Positions 23,998 to 32,641 of a DNA stretch of 32,643 bases are shown in pieces. Every line of letters begins with the position of its first letter. Positions within the stretch are counted from its first letter, which is position 1. Under the pieces are notes generated by a model. That model was not told the origin of the DNA and searched no databases. It worked only from the letters and a program-made list of their open reading frames with translations. The translations under genes were made by a program, and so were the position numbers. The DNA comes from a virus (taxonomy: Duplodnaviria > Caudoviricetes), in IMG/VR virus record IMGVR_UViG_3300031953_000073, positions 1 to 32,643 of that record; one strand, written 5' to 3'.

Positions 23998-24948
23998 TTA
24001 CGCGGGCGCTGCCGAGATTTCGAGAACGGCCCACGCCTTTTCGTGCGCGAGTGCTGCCGCGCGACGAGCGCGAACCTTGAGAATCGTCTCGTCAGTCAGC
24101 GCCGAGAGACCCGAGCGACCGTCGATAACGACCGACTCGGGGCCGGAGCGCTTGCCGACGTATGCGAAGTCGGTGTTGCCGAAAGCGACGAGAGCGTTGC
24201 CGGGGACGCCAGCTACCCCACCAGCGCCGGTCGGTGCGCTCGAGGCGACCGCCGTGGTCTTGAGACCGTTGCTCCACTTGAGCGGGTAACCGAACAAGGT
24301 GTCCGGGTCGCCGGCGCGAGGGTTGGGGGTGAAGATGTAATTGCCATCGCCATCCTTGAGCTTGCGCAGTTGGCCCTTGACGCTTGGGTGTGCAACGAAA
24401 AGAGCTCGGCTCGAGTCGTGAAAGCCGCCCTCTTCGACGAGCGAAGCAAGGTCGCTGATGTCCTCATAGGTGAGAGCGCCAGCGGTGGCGAGCTTGTTGT
24501 CGTTGGCCGTGTAGCCCGTTGCGGCGTTGGTCGTGCCGAGCGCCTTGTAGATGCTCACGAAAGGCACGGTGCCGCCGTTGCTTGCCGCGGTGACGGCGAA
24601 CACGGCATTGTCAAGCAAGATGCCGAAAGAGGTGACCCAGTCGGTTTTCTTGGTCGTGAGCACGTCAACGATTGAGTCGTCGATGTCCTCTTCTGCCAGG
24701 CGTAGCGCCTTGCCGAACTTGCGAGCGGTAAGCAAGATGTCGTCGTTGAGCGACTCATCCTCGCCGTAAGCGCCACCCTTGGGGATGACCTCGACGCCCA
24801 TTCCGGCGCTACGAGGCACCGACTTGGTTTCGGTGGTCATGGGAATTGACTTGAGCGATGTCTCGGCAACGCTGGTCTGAGCGAGCCGAGTGATAACGTC
24901 AGAGGTCGGCTCTTCTGGCAGCCAAGCCTCGAGTGTGTTGCGGGCCAT
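23998..24948 (-). CDS. Major capsid protein (HK97 fold)
   Basis: LTARKFG, LRKLKDGDGNYIF, TLFGYPL, VAFGN; GAAAGG RBS; follows the scaffold gene. Confidence 0.93.
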   Translation of the reverse strand: MARNTLEAWLPEEPTSDVITRLAQTSVAETSLKSIPMTTETKSVPRSAGMGVEVIPKGGAYGEDESLNDDILLTARKFGKALRLAEEDIDDSIVDVLTTKKTDWVTSFGILLDNAVFAVTAASNGGTVPFVSIYKALGTTNAATGYTANDNKLATAGALTYEDISDLASLVEEGGFHDSSRALFVAHPSVKGQLRKLKDGDGNYIFTPNPRAGDPDTLFGYPLKWSNGLKTTAVASSAPTGAGGVAGVPGNALVAFGNTDFAYVGKRSGPESVVIDGRSGLSALTDETILKVRARRAAALAHEKAWAVLEISAAPA

Positions 24949-25050
24949 AGTAAAGGGCCACCTTTCTGCCGCGAAGGCAATGAGTTGTTCGCTTAGCTTT
25001 TGCCGAGCGAGCTCATCACGAGCGCGGGGTCAAGGTGACCCTTGTGCACG

Positions 25051-25079
25051 AGGGTAGCATAAGCCGACCCTCGTGGTAA
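25051..25079 (-). promoter_or_regulatory. Putative capsid-gene promoter
   Basis: TTACCA-17 nt-TACCCT with an extended TG, embedded in the inverted repeat CACGAGGGT/ACCCTCGTG. Confidence 0.5.
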
Positions 25080-25082
25080 CGC

Positions 25083-25802
25083 TTATCCGGTCTTGCCCAT
25101 GAGCACGGCCGCTTGACGCTCGCTGGCCGTCTTGGGCTTCTTGCCCTTGTCATCGTCGCCCCGGTCGACATCGCCCGCCACCGAGCGGCGTTTGCGCGTG
25201 CCACCAAAGAGGCCGGGCATGTCAGCCTTTAGTGCATCGATCTCGTCGTCGAGGCCGTCAAGTGTGCCGTCGTCGTCGAGGTCGAGGTTATCAAGGTCGA
25301 TCATTCGAGCCAGACGTGCAAGAGCCTTGGGGTCGGCAACACCGGCGCGCGAGAGGGCCGACTCAACCTTTGCTGACTTGACGAGTAGCGCGCCTTTCTT
25401 CTCCCCCTCGGCAAGAGCCTCGGCGCGGATAGCGTCAAGGTCTGGCTTGTCGCTGTCGTCGTCGTCTTTAGCTTTGGCCTTGGGTTTGGTCGATGCTTTG
25501 CGCAACTCGGCAAGCTCGCGCTCGCGCTCGCGCAACTTGCCTCGGCGCTTGGCGCTTGAGCCGTTGGCTTTCTCGAGCGACTTACGCACAGCTTTCAGTT
25601 CAGCGGCGAGCTCTTCTGGCGACTTGCCCTCGTCGGGGTCATCATCGTCGTCGTCATCGTCATCGTCGTCATCGTCATCGTCGTCGTCATCGTCGTCGTT
25701 CTCTTGCTTGGCTTGAGCTTGTAGCTCATGCTGTGCCCACCAACCAAGGTTTGCGCCGGGGTCGATGACCTCGAGGTTGGGGGAGTGGTCGAGCTTGAGC
25801 AT
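25083..25802 (-). CDS. Capsid scaffolding protein
   Basis: Acidic N-terminus, coiled coil, IDALKADMPGLF; immediately upstream of the capsid gene. Confidence 0.85.
   Translation of the reverse strand: MLKLDHSPNLEVIDPGANLGWWAQHELQAQAKQENDDDDDDDDDDDDDDDDDDDDPDEGKSPEELAAELKAVRKSLEKANGSSAKRRGKLRERERELAELRKASTKPKAKAKDDDDSDKPDLDAIRAEALAEGEKKGALLVKSAKVESALSRAGVADPKALARLARMIDLDNLDLDDDGTLDGLDDEIDALKADMPGLFGGTRKRRSVAGDVDRGDDDKGKKPKTASERQAAVLMGKTG
25638..25697 (-). repeat. GAC/GAT trinucleotide tract encoding 20 consecutive Asp
   Basis: Counted directly from the sequence. Confidence 0.95.
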
Positions 25803-25840
25803 GATGCCTCTTTCTTGTTTCGGGGGTAGGGTTGAGCGTT

Positions 25841-26605
25841 TTACTTGAGGCCAGCGGCGATTTGGGCCTTGACGATCTCTTTGGCGAGGTCAACGCGCTC
25901 AGCCTTGAGGTGCGCCTCATAAGCAAGGTTGAGTTTCTTGGCGAAAGCCTGGGCCTTTTGCCACTTGGCGTAACTGAGCTTCATGAGGGGGGCGCCGTCA
26001 GCGTCACCGTAAAGCACGCCCATAGCCTCGCCGTCAGCCTCGCTGGTCGATGCGTGCCAGCCACCGGGTACGCGCTCGCCAATGATCTGATATTCGGTTC
26101 CTTTTTCGTCTTTCCAAACGTAACGAGTTGTGCCGTCGCTCATGAGTTGTTCCAATTCCTTGTCGGTGATAGGGGTTGTTTTGGTGCTTGCGGTCTTGAG
26201 GCTTTGCGCCTTGAGGTATGCGGCGACGAGGGGCACCGGGTCGACACGAGTGCCCCAACCGGGCACCGCGCTAGTCGAGCATGCGAGGTGCAAGTGATAA
26301 CCCGATGAGTCGCCAGTGCTGCCCACGTAGCCGACGATGGTGCCGTAGTCGACCACCTCGCCAACGTCGAGGGGCGAGGGGCCAAGCATATGATAGAAGA
26401 GCCAGAAACGACCGTCGATGTAGAGCACGACGTAATAGCCAGCCTCAAGGGTGTACCCCTTGGCGACGACGCGGCCGCGAGCAAACGACGGTATGGCCGT
26501 GCCTCGACCCCAAGGGTAGTCTTGGCCGGCATGGAACTTATCGCCGTAGTCGGCGCTATATCCAAAGACGCTACCGAGCAAAGAGTAAAAGGTTGCGGGG
26601 GTCAT
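25841..26605 (-). CDS. Endolysin, M23-family metallopeptidase
   Basis: HAGQD (HxxxD), YHM, VGSTGDSSGYHLH (HxH), VDP; start placed at the ATG after TGg-TAACAT-7 nt. Confidence 0.85.
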   Translation of the reverse strand: MTPATFYSLLGSVFGYSADYGDKFHAGQDYPWGRGTAIPSFARGRVVAKGYTLEAGYYVVLYIDGRFWLFYHMLGPSPLDVGEVVDYGTIVGYVGSTGDSSGYHLHLACSTSAVPGWGTRVDPVPLVAAYLKAQSLKTASTKTTPITDKELEQLMSDGTTRYVWKDEKGTEYQIIGERVPGGWHASTSEADGEAMGVLYGDADGAPLMKLSYAKWQKAQAFAKKLNLAYEAHLKAERVDLAKEIVKAQIAAGLK

Positions 26606-26641
26606 GCGCGCCATGTTACCACCGACGGTCAAGTCGGCGCA

Positions 26642-27502
26642 TTAGCGGCCGCGTGTTGGGAACTTGCCCGCCTTGACTGACCTTTTCGAGAAAGCGATGA
26701 CGCTCTTGGGGGCGCTCACCCCCTTCTCGACGAGGCGGTCAGCCGCGTCGATGCGCGTGCCCATACTTTCGCTCTCAAGGCTAAAGCCACGCAACACCGA
26801 GCGGTCGGCCTCTCGACGTAGCGCGTCGGCATACTTTGGGTCGACGAGTAGCTCAACCGTGCACCTACAGTTTGGATGCCTCGGCGGGGTTTCGACGCCC
26901 TCGGGAAAGTAGCTCTTGCGCCCATAGGTGAGGCCACCGGGAAAAGCTTTCCCGGGCTTGGTGACCACCCCCGAGTATGCCAGGCAGACAACGCAAGCGT
27001 TGGTTTCGGCAACCCAAACCGTTGATGCACCCCGACCGTCAGCGATCGCGGTAACCCCCTCGTTGCCGGCGCGATTTACTACGTCGGTAGCTCTCGCCTT
27101 GATCGCGTTGGCGTGCCCATAGAGCGGGGCGAGAAAGATGTCAGGGTCGGCCTTAGCCGCGATGAGCGCCCTCGATGATGCGGTCGCCTTGATGCCCGAC
27201 TTGTCGAGCCCCTTGATGAGCTTGCGCACGGCCTTGCTCGGGGCCACCTTGGCCGATCGCTTGGCCTCGTCGACGAGAGCGAGCGCCGAGTTGACCCCGG
27301 CGAGGCCCGCCAGTCGGGCAGCTTTGACGAGCGCGGCCTCAACCTTGGGGGGCACGAGAGACCGCGCGAGGCGCTCAAGCTCGAGGGTCGGGGCACCGAG
27401 GGCGACTCGTCGTTTGATGTCCTCCACCTTGGCGACGAAAGCGGCCGGTGCCCCTTTGAGCACGGCAGCCTCGAGCTTGGCGAGGTCGGTCTCGAGGGTC
27501 AC
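26642..27502 (-). CDS. MuF/SPP1 gp7-like head morphogenesis protein
   Basis: VWVAETNACVVC...PPRHPNCRC; follows the portal gene. Confidence 0.85.
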   Translation of the reverse strand: MTLETDLAKLEAAVLKGAPAAFVAKVEDIKRRVALGAPTLELERLARSLVPPKVEAALVKAARLAGLAGVNSALALVDEAKRSAKVAPSKAVRKLIKGLDKSGIKATASSRALIAAKADPDIFLAPLYGHANAIKARATDVVNRAGNEGVTAIADGRGASTVWVAETNACVVCLAYSGVVTKPGKAFPGGLTYGRKSYFPEGVETPPRHPNCRCTVELLVDPKYADALRREADRSVLRGFSLESESMGTRIDAADRLVEKGVSAPKSVIAFSKRSVKAGKFPTRGR

Positions 27503-29265
27503 TATTTGACCTCGAGCGCCGCAGCGTCAGACTCGGGCACGCGCACGGTTGTCGGCACGTTGGGGAACTCGACGCCGGTGATACCCAAGAACTCGGCAGC
27601 ACTCGCCGGGTCGGCGCCGCCACGCACGAGCGCGCCAAGCGCGTCGGCGACTGCCTTGACCTCGGCAGGGTCGACCTTGTCGGGGTCGGCGACTGGCAGC
27701 TCGGTATCAGTATCGACGACTGGCCCCTCGCTCGAGGCGGCCGTAAGGATGGCGGGCAGCATGTCGGCGAGCTCTTGGTCGTTGATGACCCCGAGAGTCT
27801 TAGCCTGGCCGAGCTTGCCAAGCACCTCGGCGATGATTTGCAAAAGCTCGGGGGTAAGGTTTGGCTCTCCATCGGGGTACCAAGCGTCGACCAACTCGGT
27901 CGTGTAGCCCGCTTCGAGCAAGGCGACCTTGACTGGCACGCCGACCTTGACCTTGGTGGACACAAGCTCGAGGCCGTCTTTGTCGGTTTCGGTTTCGGTC
28001 GGCATAAAGGTTACCTCGGCGATAGCATCGATGCCCATGACGGCAAGCGCGGTCTCGGCGAGGGTCTTGTGTGACTGGCCAAGCGCCCGCTTGATCTTGC
28101 GGGCATGCTTGTTAAGGCGGCTTGATGCTCGACGGCGAGACTCACCGCTCGGTTGTTCGCCGTTGAGGTCAAACTCGAATAGGGGCACGCCACACGAGAC
28201 CGCCATGAGGCGTATGTAAAACTCGATGTTCTTGAGAAAGTTGTCGCTCGAGGCTGCGGCAAACTCGCCGACTTGCTTGATGCCGGCCAAGAGTTGCATC
28301 GCGCCGGGGATAGAGCGCAAGCGGCTCGGCCCCTTGGTCATCGTTGTCTGGCCGTCGGGCGAACTCGTCGCGGGGGCAGCTGCCTCTAAGCCGTCAGTAC
28401 CAAAGTCGTCATCGATGTCGTCGTCGGTTTCGGCGAGCGGGTCGAGCAAGGCCCACCGGGTCGGGAAGCCTTGACTGTCGACCGTGGCGAGGTTGGTCGC
28501 GCTGATCTTGGTGATGGCGTCTTGTGGCCCCCAAGCCTTGCGATGCACCGGCGAGCCGTAAGGCTTACCGTCGACGGCATAGTGCACGAGTAACATGCGC
28601 CCGCCCTCATGGGGTACGCGCTCGCTGCCTTCGGTGTCGTCGTCGTCGAGTAGCGGAAAGAATTGGTGCCCATCATCGTTGAGGGTGTCGACGTTCTCGG
28701 CTGTCACAAGGCTGACGGTAACGTCGTCGTAAAAGATGTTTGCGTACCAACGCTTCTTTGCCCCCTGCCAGCGTTTGACACCAAAGAGCGCGGTGCGACC
28801 ATCCTTGGTCGAGTAGAGGGTGACGGTTGTTAGCGGCGACGAGCCGACGATCTTGAGCTTGGTCGCATTGCCGTTGGTGTCCTCTTCTGTCGGGTCAATG
28901 ATCGCGTAGTAATCGCCAAAGTAGCCCGCCTTGCGGTGCCAGTCGTCGGCCTCATCCTCGACATCATTCTCGTTGAGGATGGCCGCGAGCATCGCCGTGG
29001 CTCGCTCGTCTTTGCCGGCCGTGATGCTGGCGAGCTCAACCTTGTCGAATAGAGCATCGACCGGGATGTTGGCCAGGCTGACAGGGTGAGCCTCGGCGCT
29101 GGCGTTGAGTATCGTTTGTATCGCCGGGGAGCTTGCTATCTCGCCGGCCTTGCCCTCATAGTAATCGCGCCCCTTGGTGTACTCGGGCGAGCGGTCGGTG
29201 ATGAGCTTGAGACCTCGAGCAAGGTCGTCGATGATGTCGTCGTGAGACATTGGCGCGATAGTCAT
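27502..29265 (-). CDS. Portal protein (SPP1 gp6-like)
   Basis: DYYEG, QGFPTRW, QPSGESRR; follows terL; start placed at ATG 29265 after TGg-TACGAT-6 nt. Confidence 0.9.
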   Translation of the reverse strand: MTIAPMSHDDIIDDLARGLKLITDRSPEYTKGRDYYEGKAGEIASSPAIQTILNASAEAHPVSLANIPVDALFDKVELASITAGKDERATAMLAAILNENDVEDEADDWHRKAGYFGDYYAIIDPTEEDTNGNATKLKIVGSSPLTTVTLYSTKDGRTALFGVKRWQGAKKRWYANIFYDDVTVSLVTAENVDTLNDDGHQFFPLLDDDDTEGSERVPHEGGRMLLVHYAVDGKPYGSPVHRKAWGPQDAITKISATNLATVDSQGFPTRWALLDPLAETDDDIDDDFGTDGLEAAAPATSSPDGQTTMTKGPSRLRSIPGAMQLLAGIKQVGEFAAASSDNFLKNIEFYIRLMAVSCGVPLFEFDLNGEQPSGESRRRASSRLNKHARKIKRALGQSHKTLAETALAVMGIDAIAEVTFMPTETETDKDGLELVSTKVKVGVPVKVALLEAGYTTELVDAWYPDGEPNLTPELLQIIAEVLGKLGQAKTLGVINDQELADMLPAILTAASSEGPVVDTDTELPVADPDKVDPAEVKAVADALGALVRGGADPASAAEFLGITGVEFPNVPTTVRVPESDAAALEVK

Positions 29266-29302
29266 GCGGGCATCGTACCACCCAGGGCGGGGCGGGGCGG
29301 GG

Positions 29303-30835
29303 TCAACGCGTATAGCTCTCGCTTGAGAAAGCGGCCCGACGCTTACGCTTGCCGGGGTCGAGGAAGTACGAGACCGCCGTGCCAACCGCGTCGACCATGT
29401 CATCATGCGCGGCGTTGGGGAAAGCGACAAGCTGGCCCTCGAGCCTGGCCAAGCCGTCGACGTGCTGCACCCGGTGGCGTTGATAGTGCACGAGCACGCC
29501 GGCGGCACGCACCTCTTTCTTGACCGACTGGGTAATTGTCTTGATCTTGACCGGCAAGCCCCAAAGTATCTTGAGCCACAAGTCGCCGCCTTGGTTGGTC
29601 TCGATTAGCACAAGGCCGATGTCGAGCTCTTCGATTAGCTCAAGCACCAAGAGGCGCAAGTCGTCGGGCGCGAGCTTGACCTCGTTGGCGTACTCGACGA
29701 GGCACTTGTTTAGGCTCGGCGACCAACCGACCCCGGCGATGCCGGTAAAGTCGCTCGATTCTTTCTGAGTGATGGCGGGGTCGATGCTCAAGACTCGGCG
29801 GGTGATGCCCAGCACCGGGTTCCGCTCGATGTCGTCGATAGTCCAATAGTCGCCGTCAGCGCCGAGCGGGTCGTTGGCGTAGTTCTTGGCATAAGGGCGA
29901 GTGTGTTCGATCGACTCAAGGAAAGCGAGCGACCACTTGGCCGGCCATATCGAGCGTCTCGAGCCGTCGTCGTTGATCGCGATCGCGTTGTAGTGATGGG
30001 CAACAAAGCGCTCTTCGACAAGCCACGGTTCGGGCTTGCCGTCAGGTTTGGCAGCCTCAACGAACTGGTGAATGATCGACCCCGCCATCGTGACCGTGCC
30101 GACGGCCGCGACGTGCGCGTAAATGTTGAGGGGCAAGATGGCCGAGCGCAAAGTGTCGAGGCGCTTAGCTGCCAGCTTGGCGCCGTATTTAGCCTCATGC
30201 GGCTCGATGTCGTCAAGGATGATGAGGTCAGGGCGTTGGCTGCCGACCTTGAGCCCGAGGTTCGCCGAGTCCATACCCGAGGCAGCGAACACGAAGCCGC
30301 TTTGCGAGTGATAGAGACTAACCCGGTCGGCCTCGGTCGTGCCGCGGCCTCGAGTCTTGGGCGCGCAAAGCTCGGGATAGTCGGCCCTTAGTAGGGTGTT
30401 GCGCTCGAGCTCGCTCTTGAACGACGCGAGGTGGGTCTCGGCTTGCTCGGGGGTGTTGGCGAAAGCCGCGGCAAACTTGACGTGACCGTGCGCGGCTGCC
30501 CACATTGGCAGCAAGATAAACCACCAAGTGCTTTTGCCGGTCTCGCGCGGGGCAACCTCGGCATGCCGGTCTTGGTAAGGCTCGGTCACCGGGTCAAGCC
30601 AGCGCTTAGCTTGCTCGACCCATTCAAGGTGCACCTCGCTAAGCGTCACGACATCGCCAGGCTCTTTGCCCTTGAGGTGATGCGAGAGGTACACGAAAGC
30701 GAAAGCGAGCGGGTCGTCGCGCGTGATGAGTCGCCGTGCATCGCTGACCTTATACGCCGGCAAGACCTCGTCGTCGTAAGTGACCTCGGTGAGCAATGCC
30801 CGGCGTATCGGGTCGAGCGGGTCTAGCCCTGCCAC
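29303..30835 (-). CDS. terL: Terminase large subunit
   Basis: Walker A APRETGKST, Walker B RPDLIILDD, nuclease motifs SIDPA...SDFTG and HDDMVDA; start position approximate (GTG 30835). Confidence 0.93.
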   Translation of the reverse strand: MAGLDPLDPIRRALLTEVTYDDEVLPAYKVSDARRLITRDDPLAFAFVYLSHHLKGKEPGDVVTLSEVHLEWVEQAKRWLDPVTEPYQDRHAEVAPRETGKSTWWFILLPMWAAAHGHVKFAAAFANTPEQAETHLASFKSELERNTLLRADYPELCAPKTRGRGTTEADRVSLYHSQSGFVFAASGMDSANLGLKVGSQRPDLIILDDIEPHEAKYGAKLAAKRLDTLRSAILPLNIYAHVAAVGTVTMAGSIIHQFVEAAKPDGKPEPWLVEERFVAHHYNAIAINDDGSRRSIWPAKWSLAFLESIEHTRPYAKNYANDPLGADGDYWTIDDIERNPVLGITRRVLSIDPAITQKESSDFTGIAGVGWSPSLNKCLVEYANEVKLAPDDLRLLVLELIEELDIGLVLIETNQGGDLWLKILWGLPVKIKTITQSVKKEVRAAGVLVHYQRHRVQHVDGLARLEGQLVAFPNAAHDDMVDAVGTAVSYFLDPGKRKRRAAFSSESYTR

Positions 30836-31470
30836 GAGTGCGCGCCGCGATGGTCGTCGATGTAGACGCACGAGCCGCCGTTGTGACCTTTCGCGAGCCG
30901 CCAATCATAAGGGCGCTGGCCGCATAGCTCGCTCGGCACCGGGGGCACCTCGAGGTAAGCGGGGTCGGCGCGGACAGGTTGCGAGGTTAGCCCCGGCGAG
31001 GCTGTCTCGAGCATGGCCCTAAACTCATCGCCCTCGGCGATGTCGTGAGGGGTCGCCCGCATAAGCTGGCCGACTTTGACCGGCTTGAGGTTGGCCGGCG
31101 GCTCGACGATATCGTCGACCTCTTCCATGCAATTACACACGCCCGGCTCGCTGCATCGCCAATGCTTACCGTCGGCACACTCGGGGCAGACGTAGCGTCC
31201 GGCAATGCTCGGGTCGATGTCGACCTCGAGGTCGAAAGTCTCGTCGGGGTCATAGATGTCGGGGTCGATGTCAACGCCGGCCGGGTTGCCCCAAGTCAAG
31301 ACGTACTGGTGCAAGGTGCCGAACTCGGTGCCCGACAGCGTGGCGCCGCTTCCGTTCTCGACCAACCAAGGCCGGTCGACATCGTGCCCGGTGTCGAGCG
31401 TGCAGCGCACGAGCGCCCCGCCTGGCTCGATCGTGGCGGTGCTTGGGCAGCGGGTCGGGGTCTCGGTCAT
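30823..31470 (-). CDS. Cys/His-rich hypothetical protein between the terminase genes
   Basis: C..C..GH..H; CPECADGKHWRC..CNC; C..C..HRGAH; GAAAGG RBS. Confidence 0.75.
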   Translation of the reverse strand: MTETPTRCPSTATIEPGGALVRCTLDTGHDVDRPWLVENGSGATLSGTEFGTLHQYVLTWGNPAGVDIDPDIYDPDETFDLEVDIDPSIAGRYVCPECADGKHWRCSEPGVCNCMEEVDDIVEPPANLKPVKVGQLMRATPHDIAEGDEFRAMLETASPGLTSQPVRADPAYLEVPPVPSELCGQRPYDWRLAKGHNGGSCVYIDDHRGAHSWQG

Positions 31471-31474
31471 CGTC

Positions 31475-32083
31475 TTACCTTTCGGGGGTAGGGGTCTTGC
31501 CTAGCTGTGCTGCCAAGTCGGCGAGCGCAGCGTCAGTCGAGTCTACGGTCGTCACGGTCAAGCTCGACTCGGTCGGTGCGTCGAGGCCGAGCAAGCGCCG
31601 ACGCGACTCGCTCACCCCTCTTAGCTGGGATAGGGCGGCGATGCGTACCTTGTCATCGCGCATGACGAGCATGGCGGGGCGCACCCTCGTCAACTCATCG
31701 AGGGTCATGCCCAGTTGTATCGCGACGAGGTTGCTCGCCGCTTGGTCGACCGGGTCGAGAAAACCGTAGAGGGCGCGCTCTTGCCGGTCGAGCGACTCGA
31801 GCTCTCGGGCGCGGTGCTCGTCGCGGGTCTCGCTCTCTTCGAGCATGAGGCTCTTGCGGTAAGCGTTGGCTCGGCGCACGAGGGTCGCCGTCGAAAGCTC
31901 GCGGTCAAGCCCGCCATCGATAGAGGGTCGACGTGAGAGGTCGGCCATCGCTCGATAGGTCAAGCGATCGACCCGGCGCTCGTAAGCCCATCGTTCCTCT
32001 TGGGCGATAGCAATGTCGACGAGTTGTGGCGGCATCGTGCCGCCACCTTTCGGGGGTTTGGTCTTGTTGCCCATGGCGGTCAT
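31475..32083 (-). CDS. terS: Putative terminase small subunit (HTH)
   Basis: LTYRAMADL...STATLVR HTH-like segment; RARELESLD; ESRRRLLGLDAP; alternative start 32035 has a GAAAGG RBS. Confidence 0.7.
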   Translation of the reverse strand: MTAMGNKTKPPKGGGTMPPQLVDIAIAQEERWAYERRVDRLTYRAMADLSRRPSIDGGLDRELSTATLVRRANAYRKSLMLEESETRDEHRARELESLDRQERALYGFLDPVDQAASNLVAIQLGMTLDELTRVRPAMLVMRDDKVRIAALSQLRGVSESRRRLLGLDAPTESSLTVTTVDSTDAALADLAAQLGKTPTPER

Positions 32084-32511
32084 CCTAGCGCCTCGAGCGT
32101 GGCGACAAGCTCGCCGAGGGTAACGTGCGCCGGCAGTGTCGGCCCGCCCCGGTAACGAAAGCGATGCTTGCCGATGCCTTCGGGCTTGCGGTTGAGGGCC
32201 GCTATCGTGCGCCCCTTGTGTTTGGGGTCGGGTCGCCGGGCGTTGAACTCGAGGCGATCGTCGACAACTTGCTCGTATGTCGCCCGCTTGCGGTAGATAT
32301 CGGCGCCGGTCGTGTGACCGTCGACCCAGTCGGCCTTGAACGCAAAGCCGCGCTTATGGTCAACGCCACAAAGCACGATGCGCCTCATGTTCCTGAGGGT
32401 CGACCGGGCCTCGACGGTGATGCCCGCCATGGCCGCAACCTCGACGAGATTCTTGGCCGAGGCGGCGAGCTCTACGGGCTGCCGTATAAGGATTTTCGGG
32501 GGCTTAGACAT
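32080..32511 (-). CDS. Hypothetical basic protein (MSKPPK...)
   Basis: Leaderless start after TGg-TATACT-6 nt; 4-bp overlap with the terS ORF. Confidence 0.7.
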   Translation of the reverse strand: MSKPPKILIRQPVELAASAKNLVEVAAMAGITVEARSTLRNMRRIVLCGVDHKRGFAFKADWVDGHTTGADIYRKRATYEQVVDDRLEFNARRPDPKHKGRTIAALNRKPEGIGKHRFRYRGGPTLPAHVTLGELVATLEALG

Positions 32512-32547
32512 CCCTAAAGTATACCAACGACTCGCCAACAAGGGCAA
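32509..32547 (-). promoter_or_regulatory. Leftward promoter for a leaderless mRNA
   Basis: TTGCCC-18 nt-TATACT with an extended TG, 6 nt to ATG 32511. Confidence 0.7.
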
Positions 32548-32581
32548 GAGGGGGCCGACAATCGACCCCGACCAAGGCTCT

Positions 32582-32641
32582 CGACCTTAGCAACGCGAAA
32601 ACGGCAAGCTAAGGGGGCAGCAAAAAGCGGGGGGCAGCTTA
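32582..32641. repeat. Third copy of the terminal motif plus GGGGGCAGC twice
   Basis: CGACCTTAGCaacGCGAAAAC matches 30-50 at 18/21; the full motif lies at 32587-32612. Confidence 0.8.

Noticed and set aside
23716-24675. 319-aa + strand ORF opposite the capsid gene
   Set aside because: Antisense shadow of the capsid and repeat genes; no independent signals.
29285-29302. (GGGGC)n run between terL and portal as a G-quadruplex
   Set aside because: Four G-runs are present, but such runs are common at this GC content and nothing else supports a function.
29266-29508. N-terminal 81 codons of the 668-aa portal ORF
   Set aside because: Overlaps the terL 3' end; the -10 box at 29272-29277 supports a start at 29265.
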